From positions 1 through 56,727 of the forward strand of contig VBEJ01000036.1 in the NCBI GenBank assembly GCA_005882985.1: a stretch of DNA of 56,727 nucleotides, written 5' to 3'. A program made the position numbers and the translations under genes. Below are positions 42,178-51,087 of the stretch, piece by piece (within the stretch, counting starts at the first letter, position 1; every line of letters starts with the position of its first letter). The DNA comes from Chloroflexota bacterium. Its GTDB lineage: Bacteria; Chloroflexota; Dehalococcoidia; SM23-28-2; RBG-16-64-32. The notes below the pieces were generated by a model. That model ran no database searches, was not told the origin of the DNA, and saw nothing but the letters and a program-made list of their open reading frames with translations.

Positions 42178-44058
42178 TTAGCGGGTGAGCGTTGTAGCGG
42201 CCGGTTGGAACTCGTCCACGACCGCGATAGCGTACGGCGCCTGCTCGCGGCAGGCGTCGCATTTTATGCACTTAAGCTGGTCGATTCGGTATGTTCCATT
42301 GTCGCGGACGACGGCGTTTGTGGGACAGATCGCCTCCGCCGCCGGAAGGCGGTCCGAATAATGAACTACCTCATAGCGCACCAGACCACGGCATACCTTG
42401 GCCGGGCAGCGCTTTCGCTCGACGTGTTCCAGCAGCTCGTCCTCGAAGAAGCGAAACATCGACATGACCGCCGTCGGCGCCCCCTGACCGTGGAAGCAGT
42501 TCGCGTTCTGCGCGATGCTACCTAAGAGCTTGATCAGCTCCAGGTCGGCCAGCCGCCCGCGCCCGCTGCTGATCCGGCGCAAGATCTCCAGCATCCGCCG
42601 CGTCCCGGCAAAGCAGGTAGTGCACCGCCCGCACGACTCGTCCTCCGCGAACCACTCGAAGTAGATGCAGAGATCGACGATGCAGTTGGTGTCGTCCAGT
42701 ATGACGAGTCCGCCGGAGCCCATTAGCACCCCGCGCTCGCGATAGGGGTCCGGCTCCAGCGGGATGTCCACGTCGCTCGCGGGTACGACTCCCGAGAGCG
42801 GGCCCCCGGGCTGGACCGCCTTTAGCTTCCGGCCTTCCGGCGGGCCTCCGCCCATGCGCATGACGACGTCGCTCGTCGATGTGCCCAGCGGCACCTCGAC
42901 GATGCCCACCCGCTGGACCTGGCCGGAAAGCGAGAACATCTTCGTGCCCTTGTGCTTCTCGGAGCCCATCTCCGCCCACCAGTCGGCTCCGTGGCGCATG
43001 ATCAGCGGGACGTTCGTGTAAGATTCGACGTTATTGATGTTCGACGGCATCGCGAAGACGCCGGCCTGAGCGGGGAACGGCGGCTTGATCTTCGGCATCC
43101 CGCGCCGGTCCTCGAGCGATGACAGCAGCCCGGTCTCGTCCCCGCAGACATAGCTCCCCGCCCCGCGGACGACCTCCAGCTCGAAAGAGAAGTTGCTTCC
43201 CAGGATGTTTTCGCCCACTAGTCCCCGCTCGCGGGCTTGCTGGACGGCCAGCTCCATCCTCTCGACGGGCAGCGGGTACTCGTCCCGGATGTAGATGTAG
43301 CCCTGCTGCGCATCGGTTGCGTAACCGGCGATGACCATCCCTTCCACCAGCAACTGCGGGTCGCTCTCCATCAGGTTGCGGTTGACGAACGAGCCCGGGT
43401 CGCCCTCGTCTGCATTGCAGATCAGGTACTTCGGCTGCCGCTTGGCGTTGTACAGAAATTCCCACTTCAATCCGGTCGAGAACGCGGCGCCGCCGCGACC
43501 CCACAGCCCCGACTTCTTGACCTCGTCGATGACGTTCACGGGCTTCATCTGCAGCGCGCGGACCAACCCCTCGTAACCGCCCCGCGCGACGTAGTGATCG
43601 ATGTTTTCGGGGTCGGTCACGCCGCAATTCGCCATCAACCGGCGCACCTGTCCAAGGACGAACTCAAGCGAGTTGAGAGCTGGTAGACCGCCCGATTCCC
43701 TGTCGCCAATCACAGCCAGCGCGTACTCCCGCGCGATGCCGCCCGCGGCTACGGCCTCTAGAAGGGAGGCCACTTTGTCAGCCGTTACGCTCTGATACAG
43801 CACGCCCGGCGCATTAGGCCGGACCACCTCGACAAGCGGTTCGGCGTAGCACAGACCCAGACAGCCGGTGACCATGAAGTCGGCATCGAGCCCGCGCGCC
43901 TCGACCTCCCTCCTGAGCGCCGAAAGCGTCTCCTCGGCCCCGACGACCCGAGAGCAAGTGGCCACCCCGACCTTTATCAGAGTGCGGGCCGGCCGCGCCG
44001 CGCGCGCCCAGGCGTCGTCCGCGCGGTGCCACATCTCCTCGTACCTCGGCAGCGTCAT
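42178..44058 (-). CDS. NuoF/HydB-like NAD(P)H-binding flavoprotein with N-terminal thioredoxin-like and C-terminal ferredoxin-like domains
   Basis: 626 aa. FMN/NADH site GLWGRGGAAFSTGLKWEF, then SLBB and NuoF 4Fe-4S region (ESCGRCTTC), C-terminal CIKCDAC ferredoxin-type motif, and an N-terminal 2Fe-2S-type thioredoxin-like module (GCLGLCYAEP). Confidence 0.85.
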   Translation of the reverse strand: MTLPRYEEMWHRADDAWARAARPARTLIKVGVATCSRVVGAEETLSALRREVEARGLDADFMVTGCLGLCYAEPLVEVVRPNAPGVLYQSVTADKVASLLEAVAAGGIAREYALAVIGDRESGGLPALNSLEFVLGQVRRLMANCGVTDPENIDHYVARGGYEGLVRALQMKPVNVIDEVKKSGLWGRGGAAFSTGLKWEFLYNAKRQPKYLICNADEGDPGSFVNRNLMESDPQLLVEGMVIAGYATDAQQGYIYIRDEYPLPVERMELAVQQARERGLVGENILGSNFSFELEVVRGAGSYVCGDETGLLSSLEDRRGMPKIKPPFPAQAGVFAMPSNINNVESYTNVPLIMRHGADWWAEMGSEKHKGTKMFSLSGQVQRVGIVEVPLGTSTSDVVMRMGGGPPEGRKLKAVQPGGPLSGVVPASDVDIPLEPDPYRERGVLMGSGGLVILDDTNCIVDLCIYFEWFAEDESCGRCTTCFAGTRRMLEILRRISSGRGRLADLELIKLLGSIAQNANCFHGQGAPTAVMSMFRFFEDELLEHVERKRCPAKVCRGLVRYEVVHYSDRLPAAEAICPTNAVVRDNGTYRIDQLKCIKCDACREQAPYAIAVVDEFQPAATTLTR

Positions 44059-44693
44059 TCGGCCTCCACCGGTTCGGCCAGCTCGGGGGATGCCTCGTCG
44101 GCAGCCGGGCGCGCCCCATCCTCCGGTGGCGCTCGTCGGTCATCGCCTGTGAGCCGCCTCGCCCACTCTATCGACTCGCTCACGGTGAGGGGGCCAATGT
44201 AGCGTCCGTGGTGCCGGACAAGCGGGGCGAGGTGGCAGGTGCCGTCACACTGCACCAGCCGGAGGCCGAACCTACCGTCGGCGCTCGTCCGGTTCATCTC
44301 GCACTCAAAGGTCGCTTCGAGCGCGCGCCGGATGTTCAGCGACCCCTTCAGCAGACAGGCCGGCCCGCTGCACCAGTCGACCGTCGTCTCGGCGGCCGGC
44401 GCCATCCGCAGCTCGGAATAGAAATCGATGGTCCCGAAAATGATCGCCGGAGTGGTCCGGAACTTCCCGGCGAGGAGCGGCACGGCTTCGCGGGGCACAT
44501 AGCCAAACTCGTGCTGAATGCGGTGAAACGCCTTCAAAAGGTCGACTCGGTCCGGCGACAGGTCCTCGATCAACTCACTGATGCGCGCAAGCAGCTCGGT
44601 GCTGCCCGCTGCCGGCTCGACCGGCGTCAACCGCGAGTTATGACTGGCCTGCGAGAACATTGTGCCAACCGTCACATAGCATACAGGAGGCAC
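44055..44693 (-). CDS. NuoE/HydC-like [2Fe-2S] thioredoxin-like ferredoxin subunit
   Basis: 212 aa (alternative start at ATG 44660). LLKAFHRIQHEFGYVPREAV, with Cys ligands CSGPAC and CDGTCHLAP. 4-nt overlap with the NuoF-like gene. Confidence 0.85.
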   Translation of the reverse strand: MPPVCYVTVGTMFSQASHNSRLTPVEPAAGSTELLARISELIEDLSPDRVDLLKAFHRIQHEFGYVPREAVPLLAGKFRTTPAIIFGTIDFYSELRMAPAAETTVDWCSGPACLLKGSLNIRRALEATFECEMNRTSADGRFGLRLVQCDGTCHLAPLVRHHGRYIGPLTVSESIEWARRLTGDDRRAPPEDGARPAADEASPELAEPVEAE

Positions 44694-44717
44694 ATCGTAA
44701 CATCGAACGTCCGCGCT

Positions 44718-47700
44718 CTAGCGCAAAGCGAAGTCCGTGAACGGGAAGCGCCGGATGTGACCAGCCAGGCCATCGGTCACGTAGACGAATCCTTGCTTCG
44801 CATCGAACGCGACTCCTTCGGGCGAAAACAGCGGCACGTCCACCACCTTCTCGAGCCGCGCCGTCACGTGGCCGCCGCCGCTGATGAGCAGCAGCCGGGC
44901 ATGCGGAGCATCGGTGCCGATCAGGCGGCCGTCGGGCAGCGCCTCAATGCGCGGCTTGTTGCGCAGGCTGCGCTCGCTCCAGTCCTCGATCGGCCAGGCC
45001 GCCAGGAACCTCCCCGAAGCATCAAATTTCTGGATGCGAGCATTCCCTGCTTCGGCCACATATATCGAGCCGTCTGGCCCGACTGCGATCCCCGTCGGGT
45101 CCTGAAATTCGCCCGTTTCCTTGCCGCGCCGCCCGAAATCGCCGATGTGTACCCCGTCAGGAGTATATCTGCGGATGCGGTTTGTACCTGTGTCGGCGAC
45201 GAGGATATTGCCCTGGTGGTCAACCACGATCCCGCGCGGCGCCCAGAACCTGTCTGGCGCGGGGTTGATGAGGTCGCGCGTCGGCTGCCCCCACGCCAGG
45301 ATTGGCGTCAGATCCGGCGCGAATTTTTGGATGCGGTGGTTCCAGGTGTCGGCAACGTATACATTGCCGGCCGCGTCCACCGCGACATCGGAAGGCTGGT
45401 TGAACTGCCCGGGTGCTGTACCCGCAGTGCCAACCGCCGCCAAAGGTCCGCCACGCGGATCGAATTTCTGGATCCGCGAGTTGCCGCTATCGACGACGTA
45501 GACATCGCCCGCTGCGTCCAGCGCCAGGCCAAGCGGCAAGTCCATCTGACCCGGCTGGGCGCCGAGCCGGCCGATGATATAGCGCCCCTCAATGTCCCCC
45601 GCCGGCCTTGTCGAGGCCTCGCCTCGTCCCACGGGCGTAGATGATGATGGCCCGGGATCAACCGCCTCGAATTCCAGCGGCACGAACAGCCGACCTTCCA
45701 CTCCGCCCTGCGGCAATATGTCGCGATGAAACCAGAAGCCCCACCAGTGATCCCAGGTGTCGCTGTTTCCCAGGCTCGAAGCGAAATCGCCTATGCCTTC
45801 GGCCAGGTCTTTTTTCTCGCCGATGCCCCGGTAGTCTTCCGGGAACGCCCAGCGCAATGTGTACGGCTGCGCCGGTTGATAAGCGTCGATGTAAGCGCTG
45901 GAGTACGTCTCGTTCGGCGACGCGACGAGCAGTACAGAATCCGCTTCGGGCCGGAAGTCGGCCCCCATCTCGTCGAAGGTCACGTTGTAGTCCCGGAAGT
46001 ACCAGCCCCATGGCCAAGGATCCGTTCGGTCCACCTGTACCCGCAGGCCATTTCCCCGGCCTGAGGCTTCGGCGATGCGGTCGACGCGCTCCACGACGTC
46101 CGGCGCGTCGGGCGATGTCTGGTTGTAAAACAGGAACTCGCGCGGGACATCGCCGTGGTCGTATGTTGCCAATATCGTCGTCCGCATGCTGAGCAGGGCG
46201 AGCAGAGCGATTGGGGCAGCCACCGCGCTTGCTGTCGTGCGCCCCAGCGTGAAGCGACGCTGTCGCGCGACGCCGTCTGTCCTTCGAGTCGCGACCAGCC
46301 GCGAGAAAAAGCGACCCCCGCTGTAAGCCGCCAGGATCACGAACGGCACGGTCGTATGCACCGTCAGCCAGGGCATCTTCTCGCCCACGAGCGAGTAGGC
46401 GACGAGGCTGGCGGCAGTCCAGAACACCAGGAAGCGCTCGAACACCTCGCCTCTGACCGCGAGAAAGAGCGTGAACGCCGCCACAACCAGCGCGAGGCAC
46501 TCCGCGATAACAATTGCCGTGCCGCCGGTGAAGCTCTCGGCGCCGAACGCGAACAACAGAGCGCAAACTGTAATAATCGTCAGAAGCCACGAGCCTGGAC
46601 CGCCTCGCAGGCAGTAGTGGAGAAGAGCCGGCCCCGCGAACACTAGCGCGAGGTATTCGTACGCCGGCCAGAACATCAAGTAGTAGAATTCGGGCTGGTC
46701 GCCCCGCTGGACTGCGTGCTGCCCGATCCAGTAGTCGAGAGACTGCCAGATGCCGCCGCCAAACCCGTTGATATCGGTGAGAAATGCCGTGAACAGCAGC
46801 GTGTACGGCGCCCAGAAACAAAGAGCCACCGTCAGCCACGCTCGCTGGTCCCAGACCAGTCCCACGATTGCGCTCGCTCCTACAAGCGCAATCACCACGG
46901 GGACCGCGAGCATTCGTTCGTCCGCGCCCGGATTGATTCCCAGTCCGGCGGCTTCCAGCGGGACCTTGACAGCGGCAGCGAACTGCGGCCCGGCCAGCGT
47001 GCCCATGATGACTAGGACATCCACTGCTGGATGCCGCTCGTCGAGGCCCAGCCGTCTGCGGATCCCACCGATGAACGGCCACAGAGCTGCGATCAACCAC
47101 GCGAACGGAGCGTACCCCAGGAAGACTGCCCCGCGTGCGATTCCCCCTCTCCCGCGCGACTGATCCGCGAATTCGAATGCCACCCACAGGTTGAGGAAGA
47201 TCAGCATAATGGCCGCGAAGACGAACGTCGTCTCTTTCGTGGCAAAGCTCAGTGCCAGCAGAACTGCCGAGATGTACAGGTAGTGCGGCTTCTTCTCGTC
47301 GATGTACCGCCAGATGCAGATGATGATGCCCAGCGAGAACACGGCCGCGTAGATGTCCTCGCGCGCGAAGCGACTGTAATACAGCAGCGCCGGCGAGAAC
47401 GCGATTAGAGCCGACGCCAGCAACGCCCCCAGCCGGCCGAGGCGGCCGCGGAAGGCCAAAGGCAGCAGCGCGAGGACACCGCCGAACAGCGCCGGAAGAA
47501 TGCGCGCGGAGGTATCCGAGGCGCCGCCGGTCAGGAAGAACGTCAGGGCCATCCCGAAGAACTGGAAGGGCCCGTGCAGCACGGGCGCGTAGTCGTAACC
47601 ACGGCCTTGCAGAATCTGGTAGGCGTTGTAAGCGTGGAGGCTCTCGTCATGGTGCATCGCCCGCGATCCGAGGTCCCACAGCCGAAATCCGAAGGCGCAC

Positions 47701-47825
47701 ATGATTAGCACCCCATATGCCGCCGCTTCCCACGTCAACCGCAACCGCAGGCTTAGCGTGCCGGACGCATCACGCGTCCTTGCGCCCGTCGCTCCTAATG
47801 GGAGCGGCCGCGCGAGTTCACTCAT
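44718..47825 (-). CDS. GT-C fold (PMT/ArnT-like) polytopic membrane glycosyltransferase fused to a C-terminal NHL-repeat beta-propeller
   Basis: 1035 aa. N-terminal RLWDLGSRAMHHDESLHAYNAYQ and more than 12 TM helices; I recall this pattern from the TIGR03663-type group. The C-terminal approximately 300 aa carry about six NHL repeats (GQFNQPSDVAVDAAGNVYVADTWNHRIQKF and similar). Confidence 0.85.
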   Translation of the reverse strand: MSELARPLPLGATGARTRDASGTLSLRLRLTWEAAAYGVLIMCAFGFRLWDLGSRAMHHDESLHAYNAYQILQGRGYDYAPVLHGPFQFFGMALTFFLTGGASDTSARILPALFGGVLALLPLAFRGRLGRLGALLASALIAFSPALLYYSRFAREDIYAAVFSLGIIICIWRYIDEKKPHYLYISAVLLALSFATKETTFVFAAIMLIFLNLWVAFEFADQSRGRGGIARGAVFLGYAPFAWLIAALWPFIGGIRRRLGLDERHPAVDVLVIMGTLAGPQFAAAVKVPLEAAGLGINPGADERMLAVPVVIALVGASAIVGLVWDQRAWLTVALCFWAPYTLLFTAFLTDINGFGGGIWQSLDYWIGQHAVQRGDQPEFYYLMFWPAYEYLALVFAGPALLHYCLRGGPGSWLLTIITVCALLFAFGAESFTGGTAIVIAECLALVVAAFTLFLAVRGEVFERFLVFWTAASLVAYSLVGEKMPWLTVHTTVPFVILAAYSGGRFFSRLVATRRTDGVARQRRFTLGRTTASAVAAPIALLALLSMRTTILATYDHGDVPREFLFYNQTSPDAPDVVERVDRIAEASGRGNGLRVQVDRTDPWPWGWYFRDYNVTFDEMGADFRPEADSVLLVASPNETYSSAYIDAYQPAQPYTLRWAFPEDYRGIGEKKDLAEGIGDFASSLGNSDTWDHWWGFWFHRDILPQGGVEGRLFVPLEFEAVDPGPSSSTPVGRGEASTRPAGDIEGRYIIGRLGAQPGQMDLPLGLALDAAGDVYVVDSGNSRIQKFDPRGGPLAAVGTAGTAPGQFNQPSDVAVDAAGNVYVADTWNHRIQKFAPDLTPILAWGQPTRDLINPAPDRFWAPRGIVVDHQGNILVADTGTNRIRRYTPDGVHIGDFGRRGKETGEFQDPTGIAVGPDGSIYVAEAGNARIQKFDASGRFLAAWPIEDWSERSLRNKPRIEALPDGRLIGTDAPHARLLLISGGGHVTARLEKVVDVPLFSPEGVAFDAKQGFVYVTDGLAGHIRRFPFTDFALR

Positions 47826-47894
47826 CCTTCAACCCCATCGGCCTAGATTGACATGCCTGTTGGTTTGTCGGGTGGCCCGCTTGTCCCGGTTCTC

Positions 47895-49658
47895 CTAAAT
47901 CGTCCTAACGAATATACGTACGTCCACAGCACTCACGTCCGAATACGGTTCCCGGTATAACAGCCAGCGCCACAGCCTGCGTGGCGCCAGCACTTCGCCC
48001 GGGTACCAACCTTCGGCCACTCGCCAGACCTCGTCTCTCGCTACGAACCCCGCCGGGTTTGCATCCGGCCTCGAGACCACCGCCGAAGCCCGGTCCGTCG
48101 GCCCGCCGAAGACTACCGGCGAGTCCCGCAGCGTCCACCCGAGCTCGTCGCTCAGGTCTGAGTCGACAACAATCGTTCCGCCGCGCTCGCGCGCCAGCTT
48201 GTCGACCGTCGCTCGCAGTTGGGCCGTGCGCGGCGTGAGCCGAAGATCGACCGCGAACTCCGCGCCGTCTGAGAACGCGACACCAAGCGTCGAATGGACG
48301 ACGAACAGCGTCGCTCCCAGCGCCACGACGACGGCCAGCACTGGTATCGCCCCGGCCCGCGCCCTCGCAAGCACGATCACCACCAGCGCCAAGCCGATGG
48401 CCACCGACGCGATCAAGGTCAGCCGCTCGGCCCCATCCGCGCTGCCCGAGGACCACTCGGTCATTAGCACAGCAGCAGCGCCTGCCGCCGCAGCGATGGC
48501 CACGCCGGCCGGCCACGAGCGGCCCGCCGCGGCCCAGTCTGCCCGCCCAGTAAGCTCCTCCGCGAACCGTCCCGTCAGCAGAGCGAGCGGTAGCAGGAGT
48601 ATCAGCAGCTGTCCTGCCTCTCGGCGAGTGGTGAGCGCTAAGACGAGCGATGCCGCCACTGTCCAGAGCAGAAGGAATCGCTGGAAGGCCGTACTTTCCC
48701 TGCGCTGCGGCAGGAACCGCATCGCAACGAAGACAAACCCGGCAGTTCCACCGAGCAAAACCGGCCAGTCATAGGCTAACAACAGCGCAAAGTGGTACTC
48801 GGGAGGCCGCGAGTCCCGCGGCGTGTCAAACATCTCCCAGAACAGTTTCAGCCCGGGAAGGTCCAGCCCCTCTAGCGAGGTACCGAATCGCGTAATTCCG
48901 AACTGAATCGCTGCTGCGAGGACGATCAGCGCTGTCACCCACTGCAACGGGCTTCGCCGGAACGCCCGCCACGCCTGCCTGACTTCAGCGTTCGAGAAGA
49001 ACACGCCTTCGAACACGACGAACACGACCACGGCCAGCGCTACGAGCGTCGCTACCGCATCCGTAAGCGCTGCCAGCGCCAGCCCAACGATGAGCGGAAA
49101 GGCGATCGCCGATCGCGGGTTCTGCAGGTAGCCGAACAGCGATACGACGATCAGAATGGCTACAAATGACCCAAGGCTGAACGCCGTTGCTGAGCGCGAA
49201 TACAGAACGAACAGCGGTGAGAAGGCGAGGAGCGCGCCGGCAACGAGCGCCCCAATTCGCCCCACGTACGGTCTCGCCAACCACAGCAATCCAACCAGGG
49301 CAACACCAGCCAGCGCCGGCAGGAGCCGCGCAAGCAGCTCGGTCTCACCGAAGACGCGGAACAGGTACGAGGTCGCCGCTTCGGCGAGATCGCCCCGCCA
49401 TGTTTGCGGCACGTCACCTCCGGCCACGCGCGTGGCGTCGAAGGCGCGCTGCCCTTCGTCCACAGTAAGGGGCGGCGATCCGATGTGTACGAGCCGTAGC
49501 GCGCCCGACGCCGTGACAAGACCCGCCCAGAACAGAGCTTCTACGCTGACAGTAAGCCCGCGCGCAACCTCCGCTTTGGGCGCTTCGGCGTGCACAACCG
49601 TCGCCGCGGCCGTACTTCTTATGTCACGGCCGGGCGCGTCTTGCACGCTGTCTTGCAC
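47895..49658 (-). CDS. GT-C fold-like polytopic membrane protein, divergent paralogue without NHL domain
   Basis: 587 aa, GTG start. The many-TM architecture is colinear with the N-terminal part of the neighbouring gene, but the HHDES-type motif is replaced (LTVDEGQRAF). Confidence 0.7.
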   Translation of the reverse strand: MQDSVQDAPGRDIRSTAAATVVHAEAPKAEVARGLTVSVEALFWAGLVTASGALRLVHIGSPPLTVDEGQRAFDATRVAGGDVPQTWRGDLAEAATSYLFRVFGETELLARLLPALAGVALVGLLWLARPYVGRIGALVAGALLAFSPLFVLYSRSATAFSLGSFVAILIVVSLFGYLQNPRSAIAFPLIVGLALAALTDAVATLVALAVVVFVVFEGVFFSNAEVRQAWRAFRRSPLQWVTALIVLAAAIQFGITRFGTSLEGLDLPGLKLFWEMFDTPRDSRPPEYHFALLLAYDWPVLLGGTAGFVFVAMRFLPQRRESTAFQRFLLLWTVAASLVLALTTRREAGQLLILLLPLALLTGRFAEELTGRADWAAAGRSWPAGVAIAAAAGAAAVLMTEWSSGSADGAERLTLIASVAIGLALVVIVLARARAGAIPVLAVVVALGATLFVVHSTLGVAFSDGAEFAVDLRLTPRTAQLRATVDKLARERGGTIVVDSDLSDELGWTLRDSPVVFGGPTDRASAVVSRPDANPAGFVARDEVWRVAEGWYPGEVLAPRRLWRWLLYREPYSDVSAVDVRIFVRTI

Positions 49659-49664
49659 ACTGTC

Positions 49665-49670
49665 AGTCTA
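49665..49670 (-). promoter_or_regulatory. candidate -10 (TAGACT) directly upstream of the GT-C paralogue start
   Basis: Minus strand reads CCGCTAGACTGACAGT-GTG. Only 6 nt lie between the hexamer and the start codon, implying a leaderless or near-leaderless mRNA. Confidence 0.3.
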
Positions 49671-49930
49671 GCGGAACCTCGGCCACGGGTCTTGCGCGGA
49701 CGAGGTCCCGTTCGAGGAGGTCACCATTCGCGCGCAACCGCGCCATCTCACTGATAAATCGACGCCCGGAGCCTTTGGATCTGTCAGTTTTCTTCAGCCC
49801 AGCGCCCGCCGCAAGCGAGTGCTAATTCAAGGCGCCGCAGGCCCGGGATCTGGAGGTGTCCCGCAGTCTTCTTCACTTTCGGCGAGCGCAAGCGAGCCCG
49901 ATTCATCTCTCCCCAAGAAGCGAGGAAAGC

Positions 49931-50010
49931 ACGTCTACGAGGCGAACAGCACGTCTACGAGGCGAACAGCACGTCTACGAGGCGAACAGCACGTCTACGA
50001 GGCGAACAGC
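49931..50010. repeat. perfect tandem repeat, 4 x 20 bp (ACGTCTACGAGGCGAACAGC), overlapping the ftsY stop codon
   Basis: Units at 49931-49950, 49951-49970, 49971-49990 and 49991-50010 are identical. A degenerate partial copy lies at 50011-50020. The minus-strand unit GCTGTTCGCCTCGTAGACGT equals the last codons plus the TAG of ftsY. Confidence 0.97.
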
Positions 50011-51041
50011 GCCTCTACGAACTCACGCGGCTCGAACGGCGCCAGGTCCTGCGGCCGCTCGCCCGTCCCTACGAAGCGCACAGGCACCTGGAGCTGGTCG
50101 CACACCGAGAAGATCACGCCGCCCTTCGCGGTGCCGTCGAGCTTCGCCAGCACGACGCCGGTCACGCCGACTGCATCGGTGAAGTATTTCGCCTGGTGCA
50201 TAGCGTTCTGGCCTGTCGTCGCATCGAGCACCAGGAGGACCTCATGCGGCGCTTCCGGGTACTTGCGCTGGATGATGCGGTTCACCTTCATCAGCTCTTC
50301 CATCAGGTGCGCTTTCGTGTGCAGCCTCCCCGCGGTGTCGATGATCACAACGTCGGCACCGCGGCTCTCGGCCGCCGAGAGCGCGTCGAAGACCACCGCG
50401 CCCGGGTCCGCGCCCTGCTTATGCGCGACCACATCGACGCGGGTCCGCTGGCCCCACTCCTTAAGCTGGTCGATCGCCGCCGCTCGGAAAGTGTCGGCCG
50501 CAGCCAAGACGAGCTTCTTGCCCTGCGATCTATAAATGTGCGCCAGCTTCCCGATACTCGTCGTCTTCCCCGTACCGTTCACTCCGACTACCAGGATGAT
50601 CGCCGGCTTCGGCAAGGTCTCGCGTTGTCCGTTCGAATGCCAGATTTGGCCCCGGCCCGTGTCCACCTCCAGCGTCTCGATCAGGTCTTCCTTGAGCACG
50701 CCCAAGGCTTGCTCCGGGTCCCGGATCGACTCTCGCTTGACTCGCTCGCGGAGGTCATCGATGACCTTCATGGTGGTCGTCACCCCCGTATCCGCAGCCA
50801 CGAGCGTTTCTTCCAGTTCCTCCCAGAGCTCCTCGTTCAACCCACGCCGGAACATCCCGCCGATACGGCTGAACCACGTCCGCCGTGTGCGCTCGACCGC
50901 CTGGTCGACGGCTGCGGCGGCATCAAGCGTCTCTATTTCAGACACCGGCGCGATCTCGTCGATTTCGGCTTCCGGCTGGCCCGTTTCTCCGTCGGTACCG
51001 GCCGGCTCCTCGTCCTTCTTTCGCCTGAATAATCTAACCAT
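49995..51041 (-). CDS. ftsY: signal recognition particle receptor FtsY
   Basis: 348 aa. Acidic N-terminus and NG domain with GVNGTGKTT (G1), DTAGR (G3) and AKLDGTAKGG (G4). Confidence 0.95.
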   Translation of the reverse strand: MVRLFRRKKDEEPAGTDGETGQPEAEIDEIAPVSEIETLDAAAAVDQAVERTRRTWFSRIGGMFRRGLNEELWEELEETLVAADTGVTTTMKVIDDLRERVKRESIRDPEQALGVLKEDLIETLEVDTGRGQIWHSNGQRETLPKPAIILVVGVNGTGKTTSIGKLAHIYRSQGKKLVLAAADTFRAAAIDQLKEWGQRTRVDVVAHKQGADPGAVVFDALSAAESRGADVVIIDTAGRLHTKAHLMEELMKVNRIIQRKYPEAPHEVLLVLDATTGQNAMHQAKYFTDAVGVTGVVLAKLDGTAKGGVIFSVCDQLQVPVRFVGTGERPQDLAPFEPREFVEALFAS

Positions 51042-51087
51042 TACGGTCGATGATATTGGCAGCGTGCCAAGCCCGGCAACTGCTTGC

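Noticed and set aside
49931-50010. The junction of the tandem-repeat units creates ACGTGCT on the minus strand, the same 7-mer that begins the ACGTGCTAnAAT promoter motif.
   Set aside because: A 7-mer match is expected several times by chance in this window. The TAnAAT part is absent (it is followed by GTTCGC), so no promoter is formed.
49819-50535. Plus-strand ORFs 49819..50535 and 49856..50182, whose products contain periodic peptide repeats (STSTRRTARLRGEQHVYEAN...).
   Set aside because: The periodicity is simply the 20-bp DNA repeat read through all three frames. The ORFs are antisense to ftsY and have no start context.
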